Origin: Geosiphon pyriformis uo1 | Lineage: Eukaryota > Fungi > Glomeromycota | Assembly (NCBI GenBank): GCA_016748015.1 | Contig: JAAOMT010000620.1 | Location: forward strand, 222,940-286,939 | Length of the DNA stretch: 64,000 bases | Direction: 5' to 3' | Shown: piece by piece, positions 51,401-64,000 of the stretch | Layout: every line of letters begins with the position of its first letter | Numbering within the stretch: position 1 is the first letter of the stretch | Program-made: the position numbers and the translations under genes | Notes under the pieces: generated by a model | What the model saw: the letters and a program-made list of their open reading frames with translations, nothing else | Told to the model about the DNA's origin: nothing | Databases searched by the model: none

Positions 51401-54400
51401 TCTTTTGTTATATTTTTCGTTGGTATTGTTCTGGTTTTGTTATATTTTTGTTTTAAAATGTTCTTAGATTTGTCTTATTTGCAACAAACTATTAGCATTT
51501 CCGTTGTCTTTTCCTTTTTTGTAATGTATAGTATAATTGTATAGTGCAAGTGCCATTTTCCATCTTGACTGTCTTCTATCTCCAAATTCTTGTTTTTGGA
51601 GTAATGTTAATCCCTTGTGATCTGTGTATACTTCAAACTTCTGGCTTAAGTATTTTTTCCATTTCATGACTGCCTAATATATTGCTAAGTGTTCTTGTTC
51701 CAGTGTTCCATAGTTCTTTTTGGCTGATGTTAAACCTCTGCTGGCATATGTTACTGGATGTTCTCTGCTGTCCAGTCCTTTCTGAGATAATACTGCTCCC
51801 AATGCTTGGCCGGATGCATCAGTAATGATGATGAATGGTTTGCTGTGATCTAGATAAATCAGTACTGGAGCTTGAATGAGCTTTTTTTTCAAAATGTCAA
51901 AAGCTTCTTGTTGACTTTCTGCCCATTTATATTTGGTATTCTTGGTTTGCAGTTGGTTGAGTGGCTGTGCTATCTTGGAAAAGTTCTTGATAAAATGTTG
52001 ATAGTAGCTGGCAAATCCCAAGAATGATTTCAGTTCTGTCATATTGGTGGGCACTGGAAAGTTCTTTACTATCTTTATTTTCTCTGGATCTGTTTTAATG
52101 TCATCTTTGCTAACTATGTGTTCCAAGAATTTTAGTTCTGTCTTGCCAAAGAAGCACTTTGTTGCATTTAACTTTAGTCCTGCTCTTCTTAGTCTTTCAA
52201 ACACTTGTTGAAGATGATGAAGATGATCATCAAATGTTTTTGAGAATACATTGGTGTTGTCCAAGTATACAACTACTGATTTCTACAATAAGCCAGTATA
52301 GATGATTTCCTTTAGCCATTGGAAAGTGGCTGGTGTATTGGTTAAACCGAATGGTATTACTTCAAATTCGAAATTCCTTTCTTTCGTGGTGAATGCTGTC
52401 TTCTCTTTGTCAGCTGGATCCATGGCCACTTGCCAGTAACTACTGTCCAAGTCTAATGTTGAGAACCATTTGTTCTTGCCAAAAGCATCAAATAATTCCT
52501 GTATTCATGGAGTTGAATAGCTGTCTTCACAAGTTACACCATTGAGTTTTCTGTAGTTTACACAAAATCAGATCTTTCCATTCTTCTTATGGACAAGTAT
52601 CACTGGTAATGACCATGGACTCATTGATGGCTGAATTAGCCTATTGTCAAGCATTCGGTTTATCTCTTGCTGAATAATCTTGTGGCTGGCTAGTGATACT
52701 CTGTATGCTCTTTGTTTAATTGGCATTGCATCTCCAGTCTTGATCTGATGCTGAATGATGTCAATTTAGCCAAACTCATTTTCACTGGCAAAGATGTCAT
52801 TGAACTGGTGGAGCAACATCTTAAGTTGTATATGTTGGAATGGATCTAAGTTTTCTATGTTCATTTGTTCCAATTGTTCTGGTTGGAGCAAATAACATTC
52901 ACTTTGTCTGTATATTGTTTGTGATGTGATATCAACATATTCACAAAGTTGTGGAAAGTCTGAAATGGGGTTTGGTGGTTGATTCTCCATTTCAGTGTTT
53001 AAGTATCCAATAATGGTTCCAGCTGGTATTTCTATGACATTTTCTGTATTGTTATAGATGGGAATTTTGATGTGGCTGTAATCTTTGGCTGGTATGTGAA
53101 GATTGATAAGTCCAACTTCTTTTGATTTACAAAGACTGGCTTCTGCTTAAAAATTTGTGCTTGGTCTTTTTCCTTCCTTTCTATTGCTAGCATATACTGG
53201 TTATATGGTGAAATAGAAATAGCTTGACCAGTTGAGATAATTTCTCTTTGGTCAACAATTTCTTCCTCTGCCATATTAACTGGTACATCTATTCTATCCA
53301 TTGATCCGAATCCCTGTATTCCTCTTGTTGTTATTCCTAATTCCCCCCTCTTTCCCACTAATACTAACTGAGCTATTCTAACCAGAGGCAGGAATATTGC
53401 CTGTGCTATCTTTTTATTGGGCTCTATTATATAGGCTTTTTCTGAGTTATTTTGTAGCATAGCAATGATATTTCCTATATATCCTGCATCAATTATTCCT
53501 CCTCTTATATTAATCTCTCTTTTTGCTAAACTACTCCTAGATGCTAATTGAACCATTGTTGTTGCTGGAATTTCTAGTGCTACTTTCAGATCAATGCAAG
53601 TGCATGATTGTGGTTCCAATTTGATGGCCTCTTTTCCTGGATACCTTAGATCAAACTCTGCATCAGTATCATGTGCATATTCTGGCATAATACCTTCCCC
53701 ATTGTCACTATATCATTTCAACTCTTGTTCCTTGGAGAGATCTGGTAGTACAATGTATTGTTTATAGTTTAAATCGGAGTTTGAATCATTTTTGTTGTCA
53801 TTGCCATTTTAAACAGAGTTGAAACCGGTGTTTTCATCGTTATCGTCAGAGTCTGGATTGCGATTGATCAGTGATTCTGATTCTGATGCACAGCTGCTGA
53901 TTGGTTCTTCTTCTTTAGAAATTGTGTAGATCATGTGTGGTGGTGGATTGTAAATGAGGTCACAATCATTATCATATTCAAAGTCACTGGGAATTAAACA
54001 ATAGTGATACAGTCTTGTATTTAACTGTGCTAGCTATTGTTTTTGCTTTTCTCTAATGGATGCCAAGTTTTGGTAGTGTTCATGGAACTCTTTTGGTTCC
54101 AGAAAATTTATGACTGGCTTTGCGTCCCAGTCCAGCTCGATGGGTTCTGGTGAGTTGTTTTTAATTGTCCTGATTTCTTCTAGTAATGCGCCTTCAATTT
54201 TGGTGATTGCCATCTGCCATAATTCATCATCGTCATGTGGACAACTGTTCAATTGCTGTACAGCTCTTCTCCAGGTGGCTTCTATGGGTGTTTTTTTCTC
54301 GACCCAGTTGCTGATGAGGATTGTGTATTGGCAGGACATGTCACATGTTCCTCCTCTTCCAGGAATGTCGTTCCATATTTCTTTGTCGAGAAGAGTTTCT

Positions 54401-57400
54401 CCATAGACTAGACATAGTGTATTATTCTATTTTCCCACTCATTTTGGTCTTCCAAAACATTTGACACAGCATATGTGGCAATAGAACTTGGTTGCCATCT
54501 GATATTCTTTATCGTTGTCACAGCATGCACCCATTGATAACAATTTCTTGCCGCAATCAATGCATATCAGTTTGGGTCAGCAATAAGTTAATGATTGTTG
54601 TTGACTATAGGTATATGGGATATAAATGTTGTTGGCTTGAGGGTTTTCTTCCTCCCTCTCTTTCCCTTTTTTCTTTTCTTCTTTCCACTTCTAACTCGAT
54701 GGTTCTTCTTGTTTGTTGTCAATCCAGATCAAATCATCTGTTTTCTAGGTCAGTTCTTCTTTTTGCTTTCCCTTAGGGTTGTCATTTTACAAGAGTATTG
54801 ATGGTAGTTTGTTGTGGTCGGCATCAGCCCAGGAGACTTGGTAAGCTTTCCAGGTAGGTTTTTCTTTCTCCTCCTCCAGTTCAATCAATAGTTTCTCTCT
54901 TGGAGGAGTTTTGAAATAGCCACACATGGCCAGTACATATATGTGTCAGTCCTGATATGTTAGCTGGAGTTCCTGGGTGTTCCAGTCTAATGTTGCATTG
55001 ACTTTGGATAGCCAGTCATTACCAACAAGAGCTTGGTATTGAGTGGCTTCCATCACTAGAACTTTAATGGAAGTCACGATGCCATTGACTTCGAAAGGGA
55101 AGTTGTCAATTTCACTGATTGGAGTTTTGGTCGCTCCATTGGCTGTGATGATTCTGGCATTGGCAGCTCGATCAACTTGGTAATCTAATTGATCCATGAG
55201 TTGTCGTGTGATGATGTTGCCTGCTGAACTGCTGTCAAGGATTAATTTGATGAATTGTCCCTCAACTTTGGTATCAGTGTACATCACAGTAATTGGTTTG
55301 GCTTCAAGAGTGGCTCCACTAAATAATGGTGTTGCAGTTGTTTTCTCGAATTCAAATGAGAATATAGCAGCCAAAAACTCGTTTTCAGTGATGGTAGCAG
55401 GTGAGATATTACTTGTGAGTGGTTGTTTTTGGGCAAATGCTGGGTTATTGGTTGAGGCGTCTTCTGGGGTGACCAGAAGACTTAAATAGTTTTGGGAATT
55501 CAGGTTCTGGGGTTGACCAGCACCTGAATTCTGCTGGTGTAATTCAGATGGTTGCTGTAAAGAACTGGAGATCAGTTGATGAACTACTATCGCCGATCTC
55601 CAGCTCTGTTGAGTCATTCTCGGTCTTTGGGTTCCATTGGGTGGTAAGCTTTGGGGTGGTGTTTGGATTTGTTGAGGTTGATAGATTATTTGTGGCTGCA
55701 GTTGTTGATAAATTACTTGTGGCTGTGGTTGATAGATTGGAGCTTGATACACTGGAGACTGATAGACTGATGACTGCATCACTGGTAGGTAAGCGGATTG
55801 GTTTTGATTTGGGTACTGATTTGGAGTTTGAAACTGGTGATTGGGGTTTCAATATTGGTTTCCCGATCATTGGTTATTTAAATGCTGACAACAGTCAATT
55901 TGAATATGTCCTTGTTTACCACAATAATAGCAGATACACATTTCCTGTTGCCACTGTTGATTGGTCGATGAAGATGGATGTGGTTGATTTTGGGCACAAT
56001 TAGAGTTTCCTTGATTATTGCGTTATTGTGGAGACTGATAAATGGCGTAATTGTCAGCTAAGTATCCTTCCAATCTCTTATTAATTGATTCACTGAACTT
56101 CTCCAATTTGGAATCCAATTCAGATGATCCGTTCATTACTAGATTAACAGCTTGGGTGTGGTTAGCCTCTGATTCAGTGAATTCAAAATCTCTGGTGCAT
56201 GTAACTGCGTCTTGAAGAGTGCCTAGATGTAATGGACATACATGTTGCAAGATGCTGCTGCACAGGCCATGGATAAACTGGTTGAGTATCTGTGGTGCTG
56301 TGAAATAGTTGGCGTCAATTGCTTAAATTTGGTGCAGATTTCGATGGAAGTGTCCCAGGTAAGTAGTGACCACTTCAGTTTCTCCTTGTTTTATGATGGT
56401 AAATGTATTGATTAGGCAATTGATGCTGTTATTGTTGCTGAAGTATCTTAGGAATTCTACTTTAAAGGCATTGAAATCTTGTGGTTTATTAACCAAGCTC
56501 TGATATCATAAATTGGCAGTATCCTTGAGAAAGTAGGGAATGGCTTGTATTGTTTGAGCATCATTCCATTTATTGGCTGTGATGGCCTTTTCTATATTGT
56601 TCAGCCATACTTGAGTGTCATTCTCTTTGCCAGTAAAGTTGTCAAGTTTTGCAATTGGTACATAGGCCATTGGATCTAAGTTAAGTGGTTGTGGTGGCTG
56701 TTGAAGCAGTTGTTGTTGTACTGGTTGTTGGGGTGGTAGTTGAAGTGGCTGTTATATGGGTTTGGCTATGGGATTAATTGGCAGTTGATTGATGACGATT
56801 ACCAGAGGTAAGTTTTGCTGATTAATTAATTCAGGATTTGGATTGTTCTGCCTTTGATGATTCAGAGTTTCGATTTTCGAATTTTCTAAATTTAGATTTT
56901 GCTAAGTTTGAAGATTCGGGGTTTCAACTTCCGGGTTTTCAGTGATCGGGTGCTGGTAAGTGAATTCTTGATCCTCTGATTCTTCTTCCTCTTTTTCTGA
57001 TTCTGCTGCTTCTTATGGATTAGAGATTCCGAAATCTGGTGGAGGCAGTGATGATCAAAATCCTGATGGGATTGATGATCGTGAATTAAATTCCTCAAAG
57101 TATTCACTGTATAATCCTAATAATTCTGTTTTTCTTTGTCTACTTTGGAATGAGAATTGTCCAAATGCTAATGTTGTAGTTGATGGGAACGCATCTGTTG
57201 ATGATATGTTGATGGCGCTTCCAGATATATAGTGGTAAGATGGGTTGCTTGGTGATTCAATTCTGTTTTTCTTCCAAATAGGTGGCTGTATTTTTCTGGG
57301 TGTTACTGCTGGTGTTTGTAGTTTTCCCTTGTCTTTACTAGCATATGTAATTGGATATCTTTGTTGAGTGTGGTGTTCAATTTCTTTGTTGATCTCAGTG

Positions 57401-58604
57401 ATAATAGATGCGAAATTATGATTTATTGGTAGGTTGGTGTTTTGAATTAACTCTCTATAGAAAGTTTCCCTTGCTGATTCAGTATTCATTGGTGTTCCTA
57501 ATAAAAAGGAAATCTTTTTGTTGACGTAGAAATTAAAGGCTGATTTGGTGGATATATAATTGTGGTTTAATCCCAAGTATTGACAATAGTGTTAAAATAA
57601 GAACTTTGCAAATCTTAAATGATTTGCTCCTATATTTTCTGATTCTGCCACTTTTGGATGGTGTTTGTTGGTGCTGGTTTTTTGTAGGATTATATCTCAC
57701 AGGAAGCACCAAATGTTACAGGTGATTATTTCTGCTGTTGAATTAAATAACAAACCTGTAACTTGGTACTCAAAAGCTATTTCCATCGATGATATTATAA
57801 AAGTGTTGTATCTGAAGATTTTGATAGAGTCCTTTGTATAATAGACAGAGATTCAATAGTGTTGATAGTAGATGTATCTTTTCAAGAGTTTTCCCAATTT
57901 CTTTCTAAGCATGATGGCTGGATTTAGTCTGGCAGTCATGCTCTTCTGGTAAGCTATTCGATAATATATAAAATCCTACCCTTATTTCTGGGTCTTTTAC
58001 CAGACTATTCTTAACGTCAATAACTCAGCACTTAATCTTTTTAATCAATTAGTATACAACAACAAAATCAAAGAAAGAAAGAAAGAAAATAAAATAAAGA
58101 AAATAAAAATAAAGAAAATAGAAAAAATAAGCCAAGGCAATTTGTTAGTATCTTGTCAATAGCCATAATCAAGAGCTATTGTTCCAGTATGGTTAAGTAT
58201 TAATTACTATCAACATGAAGTGTTGATAGTGGAGAATGAGTTGAGATATGGAATAATTATTTATTTGATGATTGAGAACTGGAAGGTTGCTTAGATTAAA
58301 TCTAAACTGAGAGGTCTCTCTTTTCAGCTTCTAATCCTACTGCTATATATATATAATTGAGATTCCTTAATTCCTTAATTCTTTGTGACAGGAATCCTGA
58401 GATTTCTGGAATCTTGCAATTCCTGATGAGAGGAATCCTGGAATTTTGGAATCCTGCAATTCCTCGTCAGAGAATTCTGAAATTTCTGGAATCCTGTAAT
58501 TCCTCTGAGAGGAATTCTGGAATTCCATATTTACTATGTCTATCTCTAATTGGCTAATATCTACTGACTAATAATACTATATTTCCTATATTCTATGAGT
58601 AACA
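48449..58604 (-). mobile_element. Ty3/Gypsy element A3, complete and uninterrupted (about 10.2 kb). 5' LTR 57714-58604; gag-pol(RH) 57651-51464; IN 51401-50019; ORF3 49994-49335; 3' LTR 48449-49321
   Basis: TSD ACGT/ATAT inside the A2 gag (AFNFYV-N restored); PBS TGGTGCTTCCTGTGAG; PPT AAAAGGAGGGAATAA; all domains recognisable. Confidence 0.93.
57696..57711 (-). promoter_or_regulatory. Primer binding site TGGTGCTTCCTGTGAG, complementary to a tRNA 3' end (CTCAC-AGGAAGC-A-CCA); elongator Met or Ile(UAU) are candidates
   Basis: Starts 2 nt after the LTR end; near-identical in A1, A2, A3 and B2. Confidence 0.8.
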
Positions 58605-60344
58605 ACGTAGAAATTGAAAGCTAATTCTACTGATATGTGATTATGGGTTAATCCCAAATGTTGACAGTAATGTTAAAATAAGAATTTTGCAAATCCTAGA
58701 TGGTTTGCTCTGATGTTTTCTGATTCTGCCACTTTTGGATGGAATTGTTAGTGCTAGTTCTCTGTAAGATTATATCTTACAGGAAGCACCAAATGTTACA
58801 GATAACTATTTCTGGTGTTGAATTAAATAACAAAATCCATAACTTGGTACTCAAATCTAGTTGTAGTTGATAGTAATCTGAATATTTGTGTCTAAAAGGT
58901 TTGTATTCAAAGAGTTTGGTTGAGTTCTTTGTATAATGAACAGAGATTCAATGGTAATAGTTTTATCCATAGCTTCCCGAAACCACAGTTTTGTCAATTT
59001 TTTTCTCAGCTTGATGGCTGGTATTTCTCCTGGTAAGCTATTCTCAATTGAGTGTTCTATCCTTATTTCTGGGTCTTTTACCAGTCACATTTATTCTGAT
59101 GTCAGTGCCTTGCGTGTTAATCCTCAATAGAGTTAATAAACAACAATAAAATCAAAGTAAGAAATAAAATAAAAATAAAATAAAAAAAAAAAAAAAATAA
59201 GCCAAGGCGATTTGCAAGTTAGTATTTCATCAATAGCCATGATTAAGAGCTATTGTTCCAGTGTAGTTAAGTATCAATTACTATCAACATAAAGTGTTAA
59301 TAGTGGCAGTGGGTTTGAGATAACAAACAGTTATTTATTTGTGGTTTGGAAAGTTGTCTAGATGAAATCTAAACTGAGAGGTCTGTCTTTTTAGCTTTTA
59401 ATTCTACTGCTATATATACATAATTGAGATTTCTCAATTCTTCAATTCTTTACAACAAGAATCCTGAGATTCCTGGAATTCTGCAATTCCTTTGAAAAAA
59501 ATTCTAGAATTTTGGAATCCTGTGATTCCTTGTGAGAATCCTGTAATTCCTGGAATTCTGCAATTCCTGAAAGGAATTCTGGAATTCCACATTTTACTAT
59601 GTCTATTTCTGATTGGCTAATAACTATGCTAATATATATTTCCTATATTTCTATGAGTAACATCATACAAGGAATTGCAAGATTCTAGAATTCCTGGTGT
59701 GAAAAATTGAGAAATTGAGGAATCTCAATTATGTATATATAGCAGTAATGCTAGAGGTAGAAAAGACAGAATTTTGAGAGAAAAAAAACCTCCCAGTTTA
59801 AATATAATCTAAACAACATTCTATTCACAAATATTAATAAATAATTATTCACTATCTTAATTCACTCTTCACTATCAACACTTTATGTTGATAGTAATTG
59901 ATACTTAACTATACTAGAACAATAGCTCTTAATCATGATTATTAATGGGATACTAACTTGCAATTGTTTTTGTTTATTTCTTTTATTTTCTTTTATTTCT
60001 TTTGTATTTCTTTTGGTTGACTAATTGATTAAGGATTAAAGTGCTGAGTTACAGACATTATAGGGACTGGTAAAAGACCTGTGAAACAAGGGTAAAACAC
60101 TCATAGATTTAAGGATAACTTACCAGGAGGATTACTGGCCACCACACTGAGAAAGAAATTTAATGGAATTGCAATTCTGGGAGGCTACTAAAACCACTAT
60201 TAAATCTCTGTCTATTATACAAAAAACTCCACAACAAAATCTTCAAATCAACAAAACTTTCAAATATCAACACCAGAATACCAATCAAGCACCAAGTTAC
60301 AGATTTGTTATTTATTTTAAGACTCCAAATAATTATCTGTAACA

Positions 60345-62709
60345 ACACCAACACTAGAGTTGAAACCATTGACATCAAATTAATTTTCAATAGTGAATCA
60401 GCAAGTAGTATAATCATGAAGCAATTCATGAATCAACTAAGTTGTCAAGTAGATCATGCAGCTACTATCCAAATTATAACCACAGACAGAAATACTAAAA
60501 CCCCAATAGAAGAAATTGACAACTTCCCTTTCAAAATTGACAGAATTCAAATCTCCATCAAAGTGCTTGTTATGAAGGCCACCCAATATCAAGTCATCAT
60601 AAGAAACAATTAGTTAGCTAAAGCTAATGCCATTATTAACTGGAATATGCAAGAACTACAGATTACTTTTAACAAACAGCATACATAAGTTCTGGCTATG
60701 TGCAGACACTTTAAAGCTCAAAGTCCAGAAGAATTACTGATTGAATTTAAAGACTTAATACTACTACCAACACTAGAGATCTATCAAGTTTTTTAGGTTG
60801 ATGATTACCAAGCAGAGTTACTCTCACCACCAACTTGGAAAGAAAAAAACAAAAAAAAGGCAGAAAAAGAACTACAATCAGCATCTGCAGATTATCTCAC
60901 TTCAAATCAAGGAAATCAATGATATTAAACCTCGAAATTAATTTATGTTAACTGTGGGAAAAAGTTATCTTCTATGGATGCATATATCAGAAATGATGAG
61001 GAATGACCAACTGCCACCAAATATTACTGCAGACTTTGTGTATTAAAAAAATTTGGCAGACCAAAATAATAAAATAAATAGAATAATACATTATGTCTTG
61101 CTTGTAACAAAATTCTGCCAGATAAAGAATTATGGAACAATGTTCTTGGCAGAGAAAAAAAATGCAATGAAACATGTTAATACACTATTTTGATCAATGA
61201 TTGAATACAAAAAAGAATCCCAATTGAGAATGTCTGAAAACAAGCACTTAGTAAATTGGATGGTTATCTACAGAATGAACATAAAATATGGAGAATGGCA
61301 AGTGCCAAAGCCAAATGTGTTACACTCAATAAAATATAAGAAATTAAAAAAATCTGTTTACATCAGAATACAATAGATCTAATTACATTACAGAAGATTT
61401 TTTCATGGATAACCTAGATGCATTTTAAGATTAATATCAAAAATTGGCCCTAACCCAAGAAAAACAAGAACAGTGGTTAGCTAACTTAAACACAAAACTA
61501 TGTAATTATTGTTTGATCCTTTGTTACTTTTAGTACTGTGATAAATGTGATCTTATGTTCAACCCATCTCTAAGAAAACTATACCCAATTATTAAACTAC
61601 TTAAGCCCAAGTTAGAAAAGAAATTAATCACTGAGGACATGTTATTTCAAGATCTAACTAAAGATACCAAAACAAAACAGTATCTTGTTTATCCAGATCT
61701 TTTCAAAAAATTAAAATTAAAATGGTACAGTGACAACAAAAAAAAAATTTGCCCTAAAAAAGCACATGGCACTAATGCTGGTTTCGATCTACAATATCCC
61801 AGACAATTACCTATAGTTATAGTTACACATTCTCTTATAACAATAGATCTTAAGATAGTGTTAGAAATTTCTGTTAATACAATGATACAAGTTGTCTTTT
61901 GATTTAGTTTAGCCAAAAAAGGAATTGACATAAAAAAAGGAATTATTAATGCTGGTTATATGGGAAACATTATTGTGATGCTACAGAACAATTTAGACAA
62001 ATTTCACAAAATAAAATTACAAGAAAAGATTGTCCAAGCTATTTTTCTACTCTTAGTTAAAATACTTTAATTAACCCCAGTAACAACTCAAGAAAAATTA
62101 AGTCTCACTGCCCAAGGAATCAATGGATTTGGATCAAATAGAAGAGTAAATGTACCAGTTAATTTTACAGAGGAAGACAGTAACCAGGTAGAACTTATTT
62201 ATACTGACACAGTCATTTCTATCCTTCCATATCAACAATATATTTTTAAGATGAATTAAAAGATTTAAGATCAAGTTCTGTTATTTAAAGCCAGTCCTAA
62301 AATCTGTTCCCTAGCCAATGTTGCTAACTTATACCTACTGACCAAAGCTTATAAACACTTCAAAATTTCCATCCACAAACCCACAAAAGATGTCATTGAA
62401 ATCTTTGAAAAGACTCTTATTGGTTCCATCTCACCAGACATTTAACATCCCAAAAAACCCCAACCTATTCCAGACTTTACACAGCTATTCTTATTTTGTG
62501 ATATTACCTCACAAATATGGAACTTGTTAAAAGAAAGTTATCTGTTTATGCCAGAAAAAATTAACAAACTACACTTGGAAAACCTAAATATTCTCTAGCA
62601 AATTCAACTTAAGGTTCTCTTAAATCAATACACCAATGTCTTTGCCAGTGAAAATAAGTTTGAACACACTAACATTGTGAAGCATCAAATTAATATGAAA
62701 AATGCACAA
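60345..62709 (+). mobile_element. Ty3/Gypsy element B2, right part: protease, Cys-rich domain, dUTPase, pre-RT region
   Basis: Resumes the protease frame broken at 20165 (TALY-TNTRVETIDIKLIFNSESAS); dUTPase AHGTNAGFDLQY...INAGYMG...GINGFGS at about 61760-62140; TSD ATAC/ACAC. Confidence 0.85.
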
Positions 62710-63244
62710 TATTACTTAAAGAAAGAAAGCCTATCAAAGAAAAAAGGGAAAATGTAACTTAAAAAATGTGACAAAATGTAAAAGAACACAGAATAATGTG
62801 CAATAATGTTGGATAATACATTATAATATAGAATAATGTGTTATAATACAGAATAACACATTATAACATGGGATAACATGTTATAATACAAAATAACACA
62901 GAATAATGTGTAATAATATCAGATAACTTGTTATAATATAAGATAATTAGTTATAATGTAAAAAAACAAAGTAATAGTTAGCAAGAACAAACAATCCAAA
63001 ACAATTCTGTAAAATTAAAAAATATGTATATATAGCAATAGTATTAGAAGCAGAAAAAGAGAAAATCTTCAGACAGAAATTTATTAGTTACCATTCTTAG
63101 TTAAAAACATATTATTTCAAAATATCAATAAATATACTTATTTAGAATTTCAAATTTAATTGCTTACTATTAGCTCTAAATATTGATAGTAATTGATATT
63201 TAAACCACATAGGAACAATAGTTCTTGATTATGACTATTAATAG
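62710..63244 (+). mobile_element. LTR start with B-type U3 and A-type R/U5, inserted in B2 just before RT and itself interrupted at 63245
   Basis: TATTAC (decayed TGTTAC) start, ATAAYRYR array, TATATAGC box, then A-type hairpins. Confidence 0.75.
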
Positions 63245-64000
63245 TGTTATTCATAAAAATATAGGAATTATATTAGCATATAAATTAACCAATTAGAAGT
63301 AGCCATAGTAAATGTGGAATTCCAAGATTTTTCTCAAGAAGAATTGCAGGATTCTAGAAATTTCAGGATTCTTGTACAAGGAATTGCAGAATTATAAAAT
63401 TCCAGGCTTTCTCTTAAAAGAAATTGCAGAATTCTAGGAATTTCAAGATTCCTGGTATAAAAAATAGAAAAATTAAGGAATCTCTGTATATATAACAGTA
63501 GTGTTAAAAACAAAAAAGGCAGAATTCTTCAGTTAAAGATCTCTCAGTTTAGATTTAATCTAAGTGATCTTCCAACTCACAAATATCAATAAATAATTAT
63601 TCTCTATTTTAAATCTACTCTCTACTATCAACATGAAATGTTGATAGTAATTGATACTTAACCATACTAGAACAATAGCTCTTAATCATGACTATTGATA
63701 GGATACTAACTTTTGTTGCCTTGGCTTATTTCTTTAATTTTCTTTTATTTCTTTTTATTTTGTTTTTGTTATTTCTTTATTGTGTACTAATTGATTAAGA
63801 GATTAAAGTACTGAATTATTGATGTCAAAGATTGCTTAGTAAAAAACCCCTGCAAATAAGTAGAGCATGTAAAAAAATTACAGATTACTTATCAGAGGAA
63901 TATTAACCATCAAGCTGAAGAAAAAAATTGACAGAATTGTGATTCTGGAAAGCTACAAATAAACAACTATTGAATCTCTGTCCATTATACAAAGAACTCA
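63245..64000 (+). mobile_element. Family A LTR running off the window end
   Basis: TGTTATTCATA start; colinear with 20166-20930. Confidence 0.88.

Larger units (their letters stand above)
30815..59662 (-). mobile_element. Ty3/Gypsy element A2. 3' LTR 30815-32471 (holds a solo LTR); ORF3/IN/RH/RT 32485-35940; PR/gag 45657-48448 and 58605-58793; 5' LTR 58794-59662
   Basis: Both LTRs are the same subtype; TSD TTAT/TCAT (ancestral TCGT) inside the A1 3' LTR; PBS next to 58794; PPT from 32472. About 2 kb including the dUTPase is missing where element C sits. Confidence 0.85.
20166..60344 (+). mobile_element. Ty3/Gypsy element A1, complete. 5' LTR 20166-21039; internal 21040-30684; 3' LTR split into 30685-30814 and 59663-60344 by element A2
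   Basis: TGTTAC/GTAACA termini; TSD ATAC/ACAC; PBS TGGTGCTCTCTGTAAG at 21042; PPT AAAAAGGAGAGAATAA 30669-30684; decayed gag-PR-dUT-RT-RH 21102-28564, IN 28595-29971, ORF3 30002-30670. Confidence 0.9.

Overview
AT-rich eukaryotic (fungal) DNA; intron style and repeat content suggest Glomeromycotina/Mucoromycota, possibly Geosiphon-like (inference). Bases 1-9.4 kb hold three intact spliced host genes: a 13-exon SulP/SLC26-STAS-cNMP transporter (yeast Vsb1/YGR125W type), Mediator subunit Med4, and PC4/Sub1, the last two head-to-head. From about 10 kb to the window end lies a nest, at least six levels deep, of Ty3/Gypsy LTR retrotransposons from four related families (A-D here). They share TGTTAC...GTAACA termini, 4-bp TSDs and (A, B) one tRNA PBS, and all are decayed by C>T/G>A transitions. 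A 1.25-kb TA-flanked TIR element and a 411-N gap also sit in the nest. Comparing copies reconstructs an unusual architecture: a GUG-initiated N-terminally extended Gag, then protease, a Cys-rich domain, dUTPase, a dUTPase-like domain, RT and RNase H, then a conserved stop, a stand-alone integrase ORF with its own ATG, and a conserved unknown ORF3 ending at the PPT. The LTRs carry covarying RNA-like structures, including a palindromic-loop hairpin inside an intron-like segment. All calls were made by eye; no database search was run.
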